A stretch of 64,000 nt of DNA from a virus (IMGVR_UViG_3300032893_000041:241-64240); one strand, 5' to 3'. Counted from the stretch's first letter, positions 19,105 through 28,251 are shown. The notes: generated by a model from the letters alone, not told the origin. Numbers and translations are program-made.

Positions 19105-20216
19105 TCCGGTACGGCGCGGTTGGCGAAATAGCGGATGACTGTGTCTTCGTCCTCCGTCACGTCCTCCTGGTGCGGGCCGAACGAATAGACGTGCTGGCAG
19201 TGCCGGCCTAGGACTTCCTTTTCTATGTTCTCCATCTGGGCCAACCGGTGCCAGAACTCGTTTGGTCCGCGAAGGTAGTCGACGAAGGTCAACGCTACGA
19301 TGTCTGGTCGGTTGAGCGATAACGCGGCGGCGTACTGATCATTGGACCACGTGGCTATACGCCGGATGCGCTTTGAAACGGTGGTGCGCTCGGGTTCGAT
19401 GCCGGGAAAGGCATCTTCCCATCGAAGTTCCTGGCTATCCGGATAGAAAGGACCAGAGTCCCCGATCTGCTCTCCCATTTCATTGAACGAGTGCCCGACG
19501 CGAATGGGAAAGGTACGGACGACCATGGCCACGTTACCGAGAAAGGAGGGGTGTATTCCGGCATCGTTGAAGCCAGAACCGACCCAACAGTCGCGAGAAG
19601 TCGTGTACGGGTAGATATGACCATGGATCAACCCCAGTCCGGTTCCCTGTGGAATTTCGACGGTAACGGCAGCGCGATTTTCAAGATATTCGTTTAGATT
19701 GAGGTCATCGATGTAGGGCGCAATCTTTGGCTCGCCAGCAGCGACGCGCGCCCGGCGCAGCACCTTGCCGGCCAATGTCTGGCCGACGCCCTTTTGGATG
19801 GCGCCATACTTGATGCCGGGCGACTGCTCGATGTCCTTCGCTGCCGCCTTGGCTTCCTCGGTGATGATCGAGGCGCGCGGATGGATGACGAGGCGTTGTA
19901 TGATGCCGCCGTGCGTTCTTTCGCATTCAGCAATCTCTCGCTTTAACGTGGCCACGTCGATGATGGACCCGCCGTTGATGTACACCTTGGACTCACGGCG
20001 GATGACGCCCACGGTCGGCAGATGGTAACAGATGAACTTGGTGCCGTTCTTGTACTGGGTCGTGTGACCCGCCTGCGCCCCGGCGTTCGTTGTGGCGATA
20101 TCGACGCCCTCGGAGCAGGCGTTATGCGCCAGCCACGCCGCAATCTGCCCCTTGCCTTCGGACCCAAATTGTCCACCGACCAGGACCGCCGCACTGCCTT
20201 TTTCTGCCCACTTCAT
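19092..20216 (-). CDS. purZ: PurZ/PurZ0-like adenylosuccinate synthetase paralogue (2-aminoadenine pathway)
   Basis: PurA-fold motifs with Ser replacing the catalytic Asp (GGQFGSEGKG vs GDEGKG); AGHT, YPYTTSRD, RTFPIRVG, ERTTVSKRIRR, LTFVDY. Confidence 0.85.
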   Translation of the reverse strand: MKWAEKGSAAVLVGGQFGSEGKGQIAAWLAHNACSEGVDIATTNAGAQAGHTTQYKNGTKFICYHLPTVGVIRRESKVYINGGSIIDVATLKREIAECERTHGGIIQRLVIHPRASIITEEAKAAAKDIEQSPGIKYGAIQKGVGQTLAGKVLRRARVAAGEPKIAPYIDDLNLNEYLENRAAVTVEIPQGTGLGLIHGHIYPYTTSRDCWVGSGFNDAGIHPSFLGNVAMVVRTFPIRVGHSFNEMGEQIGDSGPFYPDSQELRWEDAFPGIEPERTTVSKRIRRIATWSNDQYAAALSLNRPDIVALTFVDYLRGPNEFWHRLAQMENIEKEVLGRHCQHVYSFGPHQEDVTEDEDTVIRYFANRAVPEWAK

Positions 20217-20638
20217 GTTCGCACTGTGATCCTTTTCAAGATGTCGTTGATGGGGAAAGTACCGCCGCGTGGACGGTTAAACCACGGTTGATATTCGCAT
20301 TCGATAATGCCCGTATTATAGCCCGTGCCAGCCAAGACAGACAAGTGCGCCGGATGAGCGATGTCCGGCACTTTCGTGAACAGCAGCCATCCGGCGGATT
20401 GTCCTGCGTCATGGAAGCGCTTTATCGTCTCGATTTGCAGTGCCGACAGATTCAATGGTAGCTGGTTCGTCTTTCGCCACTTTTCGTATTTACATTCGAT
20501 GAAGACGCCATGCCAGCCGGGCATCTTGACGAACAGATCGAGGAAGCCGGCCTGAAAGCGGGACCGCGTCTTGAGCGCCAGCCCACCCGCCGCGCGCACA
20601 TCCTTGCAGAAGTGGTCCTCGGCCAGATGCTCGTTCAT
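20213..20638 (-). CDS. PD-(D/E)XK / VRR-NUC-like nuclease (resolvase-like)
   Basis: E...GFLDL...FIECK...LSALQ pattern. Confidence 0.7.
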   Translation of the reverse strand: MNEHLAEDHFCKDVRAAGGLALKTRSRFQAGFLDLFVKMPGWHGVFIECKYEKWRKTNQLPLNLSALQIETIKRFHDAGQSAGWLLFTKVPDIAHPAHLSVLAGTGYNTGIIECEYQPWFNRPRGGTFPINDILKRITVRT

Positions 20639-22548
20639 ACCTTCATCTCCTCCTGCATCTCGCCGTAAGTCGCCACGGCCCAGTTGCGGCCTTCCTTGGC
20701 GTCCACATGCAACGGGATGTCGATCTTTATGACGGCGGTCGGCGAGTCTTTATCCACGTCCGTCATGATGCGCAGTGCTTCCCGATATTGCCACTCATAA
20801 ACCGGCATAAACTGATAAGCGAGGTCATCGTGGATCGAGTTGAGAAGGTTGGTATCGTCGCCTTCGGACTCAAAGAACTCGTCTATCTCGCACATCTTTA
20901 ATTTGATGATGTCGGCATTGCCGCACTGTAGCAGCCGATTTAATGCCTTGTATTCCTCGCCCATCTCCTTTAGCCGCGCCCGTCGGCCGAGAAGGGAGAT
21001 CACGTAGCCGCGCGACCGCATGCGGGCACCGGATTCTTTTTGTATGCGTTTGATTTCGGGCATCGAGTTGTGGTAGTCGTTGATGATGGCATACGGGTCC
21101 ACGTCCGTCGCTCCCGCCGCGCGCAGCATGGCGGCAATCTTTCCGACGCCCGCTCCGGTTAGGATGGCCTGATTGATGACCTTGCCGTACTGGCGCCACG
21201 GTTCCTCTTTCGTGCCGAAGACGGACATCGACACGGCAGAGTGCGCATCGATATGCGGCACGGCCCGGTATCCGTCCATCAGCACCTTGACGCGCCCGTA
21301 ATAGGCGAGCAGAACCGGTTCAATCTGACTGTAATCGGCGGAGGCGAACACTTTTCCTTCGTCCGGGATGAAGATCGAGCGCAGCAGTTTGCCCAGCTCC
21401 TTGTTGCGCTTATGAAACTGTTGCAAGTTTGGCTCGTTGCTAGACAGGCGGCCGGTAATGACGCCGAACTCATCATTGCGAAGCTGATTGTAATTAGTGT
21501 GAACGCGACCCTTCCAGATATGCCGTTCCTTGAGCGGGATCAGAAATGAGTCTTTTAAATGCTCATATTTGCGCGCTGCGAGGATAGAGCGGCCGAGAGG
21601 ATTAGTTTGTAGCCACGCCTCGGTGAAGGAAATCTTACCGCCCGGCGTCCGTGCGAAATCCTTGTCTTGCATTCCCAGCGCCCGGAATGCGGGTTCCAAC
21701 TGCGTCGGCGCCTTGGGATTGGTCAGGGTCGGCGGCAGGATTTCCTTGGCACGCTTCAACTTGCCATCTACAATATCGATCACTTCATCGAGCCGACCCT
21801 CATCGAGCCGCATGCCGCGATGTTCCATACGGAAAAGAACGCGCGTCAACCGGCGTTCGACCTCCCATACTTGAACCATCTGCTGCGCCTCAATGTCCAG
21901 GCGCTGGCGGTCCTTCAATCGCCACGTGGCGCTCCCGTCACCCGTGGCGTAATCGACGCCTATCGCATCATCGCCGGCAAGGCGCCAGAAGTTGCCCATC
22001 GTTTCCTTGGCGACCGGTTGGCCGCCAAACTTTCCCGCCAGATGTTTGTATAGCGGGCCGCCCTTCTTGCCCTCGATGTTGAAATATTCGCAGCAGGCGT
22101 CGAGAGTAAACTGCTTCATAAACTCGTTGATCATGGCCTGCGTGACCATGGTGTCTTCGGTCAAACCAGTAATTAAAACTTTAGACACGGGGTTAGCCGC
22201 AAAGTGTAAATCAAATTTCTCGTTATGACCTATCCAACGCAACTCGCGACGAGCCAGCGCTATCTTGGCTAACGCTTTTTCAAATGGGTGTTGTTTGTCT
22301 TTCGATCCGTAATGCTCCGTCGTTGGTGCTTTCCAATCCAGAAGGTTCTTCCCGCCGCCGTGGCGAACTGGAATGTAATAGGTGTCGGAAGGATTGGCTG
22401 AAAACGTAAAAACCCAACCGCATACAAAATTCCTGCGCCAGTCCAACCCGCTGGTTTCAACATCCAATACCACTTCATGGGTGGTGGAATCCGCAATACG
22501 GCGTAGAACTATTTCGGCTTGTTGATCAATTTTCAATCTTTCCTCCAT
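20635..22548 (-). CDS. polA: Family A DNA polymerase with 3'-5' exonuclease, no 5'-3' exonuclease (candidate DpoZ-type)
   Basis: Exo DVETSG, HNEKFD, YATGD; TGRLSSNEPNLQQ; motif A DYSQIE; motif C IHDD; divergent motif B. Confidence 0.92.
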   Translation of the reverse strand: MEERLKIDQQAEIVLRRIADSTTHEVVLDVETSGLDWRRNFVCGWVFTFSANPSDTYYIPVRHGGGKNLLDWKAPTTEHYGSKDKQHPFEKALAKIALARRELRWIGHNEKFDLHFAANPVSKVLITGLTEDTMVTQAMINEFMKQFTLDACCEYFNIEGKKGGPLYKHLAGKFGGQPVAKETMGNFWRLAGDDAIGVDYATGDGSATWRLKDRQRLDIEAQQMVQVWEVERRLTRVLFRMEHRGMRLDEGRLDEVIDIVDGKLKRAKEILPPTLTNPKAPTQLEPAFRALGMQDKDFARTPGGKISFTEAWLQTNPLGRSILAARKYEHLKDSFLIPLKERHIWKGRVHTNYNQLRNDEFGVITGRLSSNEPNLQQFHKRNKELGKLLRSIFIPDEGKVFASADYSQIEPVLLAYYGRVKVLMDGYRAVPHIDAHSAVSMSVFGTKEEPWRQYGKVINQAILTGAGVGKIAAMLRAAGATDVDPYAIINDYHNSMPEIKRIQKESGARMRSRGYVISLLGRRARLKEMGEEYKALNRLLQCGNADIIKLKMCEIDEFFESEGDDTNLLNSIHDDLAYQFMPVYEWQYREALRIMTDVDKDSPTAVIKIDIPLHVDAKEGRNWAVATYGEMQEEMKV

Positions 22549-22859
22549 CCACGCGCAAACTCTTTGTTTTCCCTGGCTTTAATTATATTACAATTAGCAC
22601 AAAGCAATTGATAATCTTTGGACCGTGGTAATTTAGACAAACGAACGATAGTTGAAAACACACCAACGCGGCGGTTGGTTCCGGTTTTCTTTTTATGACC
22701 GTCCCCGTTAACGTGATCGATGCACAACACGCGCGAGTCACTAATTTTGCACCGTTTACATTTTCCACCGTATTTTTGTAATACGATATTACGTAAACGA
22801 TCATAATACGCTCTATACATCGCACGAGTTTTTACAGGGTCGCGTATGCGTTTAGCCAT
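22533..22859 (-). CDS. HNH-type endonuclease 2 (paralogue of endonuclease 1)
   Basis: CKRC...LCIDHVNGDG...YQLLCANCN; AT-rich; overlaps the polymerase start. Confidence 0.8.
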   Translation of the reverse strand: MAKRIRDPVKTRAMYRAYYDRLRNIVLQKYGGKCKRCKISDSRVLCIDHVNGDGHKKKTGTNRRVGVFSTIVRLSKLPRSKDYQLLCANCNIIKARENKEFARGWRKD

Positions 22860-23130
22860 GGCTCGTACTCCGCGACCACATATAAAGGACATAGTCATAT
22901 TGCCAGTCGTTCGATTGCTCGAGCCTTTCCAGCAGGTGCTTGGCCAGGATGGGTGGCATCTCCATCAATTCCAAATCGGTGATGTAATCGAGGTCGTCCA
23001 AACATGCGCTTAGCCAGCGGTTATTACGCCGGATGCGAAAGTAGGCGCGGCCCTCGTACAAAGTCAGCCGCGCCTTGTCGCAACCGTTGTTTGGGTTATG
23101 GCTGGCGCAGGAAGTGGCGTCCTTATTCAT
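22852..23130 (-). CDS. Hypothetical protein
   Basis: 92 aa, overlaps both neighbours. Confidence 0.45.
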   Translation of the reverse strand: MNKDATSCASHNPNNGCDKARLTLYEGRAYFRIRRNNRWLSACLDDLDYITDLELMEMPPILAKHLLERLEQSNDWQYDYVLYMWSRSTSHG

Positions 23131-23348
23131 TCACAACCCGCCTTCGCGTTGAGCCGGGCGCGGATACCGCGTAGCCAGTCCCACTGGGCCGGCGACAGGG
23201 CGATGGCCTGTCCATATTTTTCGAAGCGCTCCCGCTGGTCCGCGATGAAGGATTGTTCCCTTGGTGACGACCGGATTTCGTCACCGAAGTCGCGATGCAA
23301 CTCGAAGAACTCTTCGAGGAACCGGTGTTCGTCGTCGGTGACGGTCAT
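23127..23348 (-). CDS. Hypothetical protein
   Basis: 73 aa; EQSFI...LSPAQWDWL small helical motif. Confidence 0.55.
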   Translation of the reverse strand: MTVTDDEHRFLEEFFELHRDFGDEIRSSPREQSFIADQRERFEKYGQAIALSPAQWDWLRGIRARLNAKAGCE

Positions 23349-23355
23349 TTAGGGT

Positions 23356-23655
23356 TCATCCTTGTGGCTTGTCGATAAACTGTTGGACGAAGGTCGGATG
23401 CAGCATTCCCATCGAGCGTAATAAGTGAATGAGTCCAACCATCCGTCCGTCCGACAACTTGAGCGCATTTTGACCGACGAACGATACGTCAGTCATATTG
23501 TAATGCTTCTGGCCGTCCCACACGATAGTACAGTTCCGGAACATCACCAGTCGAAAATCCTTGCCGCCGATGTCCACCGTCTCGCCGTCGAATATCTTAC
23601 CGGAAATGAACTCGGCGTCCGGCACGGGCGATATCGGCGCTACGTTGTCTTCCAT
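23356..23655 (-). CDS. Hypothetical protein
   Basis: 99 aa; GGAGG RBS. Confidence 0.55.
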   Translation of the reverse strand: MEDNVAPISPVPDAEFISGKIFDGETVDIGGKDFRLVMFRNCTIVWDGQKHYNMTDVSFVGQNALKLSDGRMVGLIHLLRSMGMLHPTFVQQFIDKPQG

Positions 23656-23719
23656 AAGACCTCCCTGGAAAAAAAGACCAGCGGACGGTGAGTGGGACCC
23701 TTCATCCGCCGGCCCCTCG

Positions 23720-23749
23720 AAGGCCGTTCGGAGGCGCTCGGACGGCCTT
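23720..23749. terminator. Stem-loop downstream of the SSB-like gene
   Basis: AAGGCCGTTCG-8 nt-CGGACGGCCTT inverted repeat. Confidence 0.45.
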
Positions 23750-23766
23750 TGATATTGAAGCTACCG

Positions 23767-24663
23767 TCAGTACTTCGGGCGGTCGGCGGGCGCTCCCGTG
23801 GTCCCTTCCGCGCCAGAAACGTCGGCCGCTGCGTTCTCCAGGTCCTCGTCCCTGATCTTTGGAGCGTCCTTGAGGAACTTCTCGTAGAACTCCCGGTAGA
23901 GCGCGGCCTCGTCGGCGTCCTCCACGAACCCGTTGGCGACGTAGCGGACGTTAAAGAACGGTCCGGACGGCCCCTGGTCCTCGATGGATTGCAGCTTGAA
24001 GCGCTGACCCCAGGCGGCCACGCGGCTCATCTTGAGTTTGCCCAGCACGGCCTTCGCGGCCTTGATCTGAGAGCGCTGATTGGTGACGATGGACGGCGAC
24101 AGATGCGGGAAATCCGTCAACATGCAGCACATGTTGTACATGCGCGTGCCGGCCGGCTGTGACTGCGGGTCGTCTGGGTCGGACGTGCCGAATTCGAGCA
24201 GGCGCGACTCAACGACGTTGGACTTAGTCGCCCACTTCACGGTCTTCTTGTTCTTCAACTGAACATCGAAGACGGCATTAGACGGCTGCCACTTGACGAG
24301 ATCATCGGTCCGGGCCAGGATGCCGCCGCCGCTCTCGCGCGGGCGCCACAGCATGGCGCGGATGTCCGAGTAGACGATCACGAGGTCGATCTCAGGTCCG
24401 AGAATCTCCTCCGTGATCGTGTGGAAGAAGTCACCAGGCTTGAGGCCGTCGATGGCGTTGAGTTCCTCGGAGATGGCCTGAGCTAGCTTGATCAGGGGGA
24501 GGGCTACGTCCGACCCCCTGATGCTTTCGGTTCCCTGGCCGCCGGTTCCCCGCAAATGCTCCGGGATGACGGCGAGGTCGCCGCCCTGCCCGGTGCGGGT
24601 TACTGCGGTGGACGGCTTCTTGGGTTCGGGTCTGGATGGTGCGCGTGCGGCGGGTTTCGCCAT
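23767..24663 (-). CDS. Putative ssDNA-binding/replication protein
   Basis: 298 aa in the replication block; LPLIKLAQ...PGDFF pattern; acidic tail ending in an aromatic residue. Confidence 0.55.
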   Translation of the reverse strand: MAKPAARAPSRPEPKKPSTAVTRTGQGGDLAVIPEHLRGTGGQGTESIRGSDVALPLIKLAQAISEELNAIDGLKPGDFFHTITEEILGPEIDLVIVYSDIRAMLWRPRESGGGILARTDDLVKWQPSNAVFDVQLKNKKTVKWATKSNVVESRLLEFGTSDPDDPQSQPAGTRMYNMCCMLTDFPHLSPSIVTNQRSQIKAAKAVLGKLKMSRVAAWGQRFKLQSIEDQGPSGPFFNVRYVANGFVEDADEAALYREFYEKFLKDAPKIRDEDLENAAADVSGAEGTTGAPADRPKY

Positions 24664-24729
24664 GGTGGTCTTTCTCCTATAATGAGTGTAGCAGGACGGT
24701 CAGGTTACTATGGGCGACCCGGTGCCGTC

Positions 24730-24920
24730 CAGTCCGGATCGTGAAGTCTCATCCGTGTAGGGGAAACGTCTTGACCTCTCTAAATCCGCATGTTTCGCAA
24801 TAGCGCTCCTGAACGGTAACACGGTCTTCCCTGTCCTGAATAGTGTGGACGCGCGATACCGTCTTCGATTCCCACTTGGACCATCGATGACCCCAAAAAC
24901 ACGTCCACCATCGTATCATC
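24730..24920 (-). CDS. Small Cys/His-motif hypothetical protein
   Basis: MIRWWTCFWGHRW...RYCETCG; boundaries approximate and the stop codon was not resolved. Confidence 0.35.
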
Positions 24921-25446
24921 ATTTCACCTTCGTGACGGAGGTCGTCTTCATGATCGCCGACTTGAAGAGGTCGGGGTCGAGTTCCTTTCCCTCTTCGGCC
25001 ATCGCCTTGGCGGCGCTCGCCAGCGTGCCGGCGTTCACCGTCTCGATGATCAGTTCGGACAGGCCGTTGTCGCGCAGCCATTGCTTGGCCTTGTCCTTGT
25101 CTTCTCCGACCGATACTCGCAGGAGTTCGGATACTGTCACCCGGAACTTGGCACCGTCTTCGCCGATGGTGACGGTGGACACCTTGTTATCTTCGAAGAG
25201 TTGCGGGATGATCTCGCCTTTTAGGCGGCCGAGAAGAGTTTGGGCGCCGTCCATCGAGTTCTGGAAGCTGTCGAGCGCGTCGCGCAGGCCGATATAGAAG
25301 GCGGCCACGGCGGCGGGTTCCTTTTTCAATTTATCGAAGGCGCGCATCGTTGCCGTTGAGAACTTCAACGCGTCGGCGGCGAGGAGAACCGAAGGCTTTG
25401 GCTTCTTCGGCGTGGCCTTCTTCTTGGCGACCTTAGCTGTGGTCAT
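24919..25446 (-). CDS. Conserved phage replication-region protein
   Basis: Lys-rich N-terminus; QWLRDNG...IIETVNAGTL motif; adjacent to the SSB-like gene. Confidence 0.6.
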   Translation of the reverse strand: MTTAKVAKKKATPKKPKPSVLLAADALKFSTATMRAFDKLKKEPAAVAAFYIGLRDALDSFQNSMDGAQTLLGRLKGEIIPQLFEDNKVSTVTIGEDGAKFRVTVSELLRVSVGEDKDKAKQWLRDNGLSELIIETVNAGTLASAAKAMAEEGKELDPDLFKSAIMKTTSVTKVK

Positions 25447-25618
25447 GTTCGTCCACCTTGGCGTCGCCTTGCACCTTGTCGACAGCCGTGGACAGTTCAT
25501 CCAGGGTATCTGCGTCGATGGCGTCGAATAGGTCGTTGATTTGTGATTTGGTCAAGATGACCGTTTGCTGGATATCGTCATTCTCGACGACGCCGATGGT
25601 TATGTAGAACTTCGTCAT
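25433..25618 (-). CDS. Small acidic hypothetical protein
   Basis: TATAGGAG leader before ATG. Confidence 0.55.
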   Translation of the reverse strand: MTKFYITIGVVENDDIQQTVILTKSQINDLFDAIDADTLDELSTAVDKVQGDAKVDEHDHS

Positions 25619-25629
25619 GGCTCTTGCTC

Positions 25630-25962
25630 CTATATGAGTTGAATGGTTGCGGGGTAGTAAGCCTGTTCCTTGCCGTCGTACTTCAATGCTACCACGCGGT
25701 GGTAGCCTAGTCTACCTAGCATCATGAAGCAAACGGCAACGCCCAGCATGTCGCCGACGATGGCGACATAGTCGATGTCCGGCCGGTACTCATAGCGTAG
25801 GAAGATGTTGCGGGCGCGCTCCGCCATGAAGCGCATGCGTTCATCGACTTCGTCGGGATAAGTAGAGCGCGTGAAAATCGTGATGCGCTTGCCGAACTCG
25901 TCCAGCTTATCGAGGTTGAAGCGCTCCTCGTCCTGGGTTACGAACACTCGCGGTCTGGTCAA
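25630..25962 (-). CDS. Hypothetical alpha/beta protein (TTG start)
   Basis: TATAGGAG leader places the start at 25962; VFVTQ...DYVAIVGD...LKYD. Confidence 0.6.
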   Translation of the reverse strand: MTRPRVFVTQDEERFNLDKLDEFGKRITIFTRSTYPDEVDERMRFMAERARNIFLRYEYRPDIDYVAIVGDMLGVAVCFMMLGRLGYHRVVALKYDGKEQAYYPATIQLI

Positions 25963-26073
25963 ATCGGTCGTACTCCTATATAAAATCGCGGCGGGGGACA
26001 TTGGCCGATCCAACGAAATCGGAGGCTCCCCCGCCGCTGAATCGCCGCGACCGTTGGTGCCGGGTGATTGTTA

Positions 26074-26259
26074 TTAAAACAGGTCGATGAGCAAGTCGAT
26101 CGGTCCGCGCGAACACGAGCCGTCCGGTCGTCCGTCATACTTGCCGTCGAAGGCGTTTTTGCAGATCGACTTGTAGATGCCGCCCTGCACGAAGCTGTTG
26201 CCGTCCTTAGCCGCACAGGCGCTCAGCGCCAGGGCGACTATGACCAGTGCCTTTTTCAT
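26074..26259 (-). CDS. Small lipoprotein
   Basis: MKKALVIVALALSA-C lipobox; two further Cys. Confidence 0.65.
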   Translation of the reverse strand: MKKALVIVALALSACAAKDGNSFVQGGIYKSICKNAFDGKYDGRPDGSCSRGPIDLLIDLF

Positions 26260-26299
26260 GTCAGTATCTTCTCTCACAAAGGAAGTCGATGGCGCCCCC

Positions 26300-26656
26300 T
26301 TACAGGGACGCCACCTTCTTGCCGTTCACGTCGATGGACTTGCCGTTACGGACGACGCCGCGCAGCGCGTTGCCGGCGGCCATGCGGCGCAGGCCCTCGT
26401 TGAGCTTCGACCAGCTATCCTTGATCTCGACGCCGTTGGCTTTGGCCACCTTGATGACCTCGTCGGCCGACAGACCTCGCAGGGCCGCCGATACGCGGTC
26501 GCCGTTGTCGATGACCTTCTTCTTCTTACCGTCGGCATCCTTGATCTCGGTCGCCTCATACTTGTACTTGCTGCGGTCGATCACGTCGCCGGCAGCATCA
26601 GCCTTCGCGGCCTTAGGCGCTGCCTTCTTGGCGGCCTTCTTTGCACTCTTTGCCAT
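26300..26656 (-). CDS. Lys/Ala-rich protein with NxGxxRMxxxNxLR domain (paralogue A)
   Basis: Histone-like KKAAKKAAPK N-terminus plus shared C-terminal domain. Confidence 0.7.
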   Translation of the reverse strand: MAKSAKKAAKKAAPKAAKADAAGDVIDRSKYKYEATEIKDADGKKKKVIDNGDRVSAALRGLSADEVIKVAKANGVEIKDSWSKLNEGLRRMAAGNALRGVVRNGKSIDVNGKKVASL

Positions 26657-26737
26657 GGGGTTCCTCTCTTTGTCTAAGCGTTTCTGCGGCAAGTAACAAA
26701 CCATAACCGGCCTTATACTGTCAACCGGGTTGGTTCA

Positions 26738-27349
26738 TCAGCGGTCGGCGTCCGCGTATGCTTCGACCGTCTGGTTGTACCAGTATCGGACCTCTGTAGT
26801 CACTTGCCGCTGGGTATTGTACAGCGGCCCGTCGTTGTGAATTTCGATCCAGTTCATTCCCCAGCGCTTCGGATCGAGCCGCTTGCGGCTGTCCCACTTC
26901 TCCTGTTCCTTGGGTCCCCGGTGCAGCAGGACGAGCAGCATATGGAACTTGTGACCCACCGCTTCCACGACCGAGTCAACTTCTTCATCGAAGCCGGCGT
27001 CCGGGACGACGACCGACCGCTTTAACGTGGCGTACTGGTCGAGATCGTGTGCCATCATGTGTCCAAACACTCGCCTTCCCATGCGCGGCTTGGCCCAGCC
27101 TTCCGAGATGCCAATCATGAGATCGCGGACCTCGGCGTAATGGAGCGCCGGATGCGATTTTCCCTTATGATTCTCCACGATATCGTCGATGGTGGAGCGC
27201 GGCAGATTGAAGAAGCCGGCCAGGGCGCGACGGATTGGTTCAGCGAATCGGTGCTTTACGTATCCGTCGGCCACCAGAACGTTCGCCACGGCGGTATCCT
27301 TGCCGGCGCGCGGTGGGGCATTGACGAAGACTAGGGCGGGCTTCTGCAT
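26738..27349 (-). CDS. Deoxynucleoside monophosphate kinase
   Basis: P-loop-like NAPPRAGKDT, FAEPIR, VRDLMIGISE, VVPDAGFDEE, IHND. Confidence 0.8.
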   Translation of the reverse strand: MQKPALVFVNAPPRAGKDTAVANVLVADGYVKHRFAEPIRRALAGFFNLPRSTIDDIVENHKGKSHPALHYAEVRDLMIGISEGWAKPRMGRRVFGHMMAHDLDQYATLKRSVVVPDAGFDEEVDSVVEAVGHKFHMLLVLLHRGPKEQEKWDSRKRLDPKRWGMNWIEIHNDGPLYNTQRQVTTEVRYWYNQTVEAYADADR

Positions 27350-27456
27350 TGTAATATTTCCTCTCCTGGTTCAAACTGTTCGCATTTACACGATCTACAC
27401 GAAATGGAACCAAATAATACGTCTTCATGGTCCTCCGCCGGATGACCACACACGCA

Positions 27457-27487
27457 AAACAGACCCCGCCCATCTTGGGCGGAGTCC
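27457..27487 (-). terminator. Intrinsic terminator
   Basis: Minus strand GACTCCGCCC-AAGAT-GGGCGGGGTC followed by TGTTTT. Confidence 0.55.
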
Positions 27488-27540
27488 AGTTTCAGTCGGT
27501 TGTGATGTAACTTGTCGCCCAACGGGCATCACCCCCTTTC

Positions 27541-28149
27541 TTATTCCTCCGTGATCGGCGGGATGGTCTTGCCTCGGATGACGACCTTCTCACCGTGGCG
27601 CAGCATCGCGCGCAGCCGGTTCGAAACGTTCATCCGCGCCATGCCGGGGTTGAGGTCCTTATACGACGGGTTCCACACGTCGTGGCGGTCGGCGATGTCC
27701 TCCAGAGCGTTCCAGTCGAGCGCGAACTTATTTTTCGCGTCCTTGACCGGCTTCAACACGGCCTCGCGCAGCGCCACGTCGAGGTCGTCGCCGGAACCGC
27801 CGCCCTTGTTCATGTACTCGGTGTGGTACTTGAGGACCATCACGCCCGACCGGCCGGTCTTGAGCGTCTTCTTGGTCGCCTCGGGGTCGCCGTTCACGGT
27901 CGCGGCCTTGCGCGCCTTCTTGGACTTCGCCTTCGGGGCGGCCTTCTTGGCCTTCGGCGCCGTGGCCGGCGTCGAGACCTGCGACTTGATGTGGTTCTGG
28001 ATTTGCGCCATCAGCGCCTTGCCGTCCGTGCCGGAAACGGAAAAGCCGGAGAAGTCGTGGGTGAAGGTCATCGTGTCGTCATTGTTCAGGGCGATGCTGA
28101 CGCCCAGCTTGCGAGCCTGCTTGGTGATCATGTGATGAAGCTTGGCCAT
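27541..28149 (-). CDS. Lys/Ala-rich protein with NxGxxRMxxxNxLR domain (paralogue B)
   Basis: APKAKKAAPKAKSKKARK linker; LNPGMARMNVSNRLR. Confidence 0.75.
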   Translation of the reverse strand: MAKLHHMITKQARKLGVSIALNNDDTMTFTHDFSGFSVSGTDGKALMAQIQNHIKSQVSTPATAPKAKKAAPKAKSKKARKAATVNGDPEATKKTLKTGRSGVMVLKYHTEYMNKGGGSGDDLDVALREAVLKPVKDAKNKFALDWNALEDIADRHDVWNPSYKDLNPGMARMNVSNRLRAMLRHGEKVVIRGKTIPPITEE

Positions 28150-28202
28150 TTGGGTTCGTTCTCCTATAGGGTTTCGAGGTAGGGCGGATTGCCCGTCCCC
28201 TA

Positions 28203-28231
28203 AATATAAGCATTTAGAGGCCCCGCGTCAA
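28203..28231 (-). promoter_or_regulatory. Sigma70-like early promoter
   Basis: Minus strand TTGACG-17 nt-TATATT. Confidence 0.65.
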
Positions 28232-28251
28232 GTATTTACATGAATGAGAGT

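Noticed and set aside
19092-20216. Ordinary adenylosuccinate synthetase (PurA) as an auxiliary metabolic gene
   Set aside because: The catalytic Asp is replaced by Ser (GSEGKG), PIRVG replaces TRVG, and the neighbours are a MazG-like gene and a polymerase.
18296-22859. HNH genes inside group I introns or inteins splitting helicase/polymerase
   Set aside because: Both host genes appear complete downstream of the HNH ORFs, and no upstream exon or intein motifs are evident.
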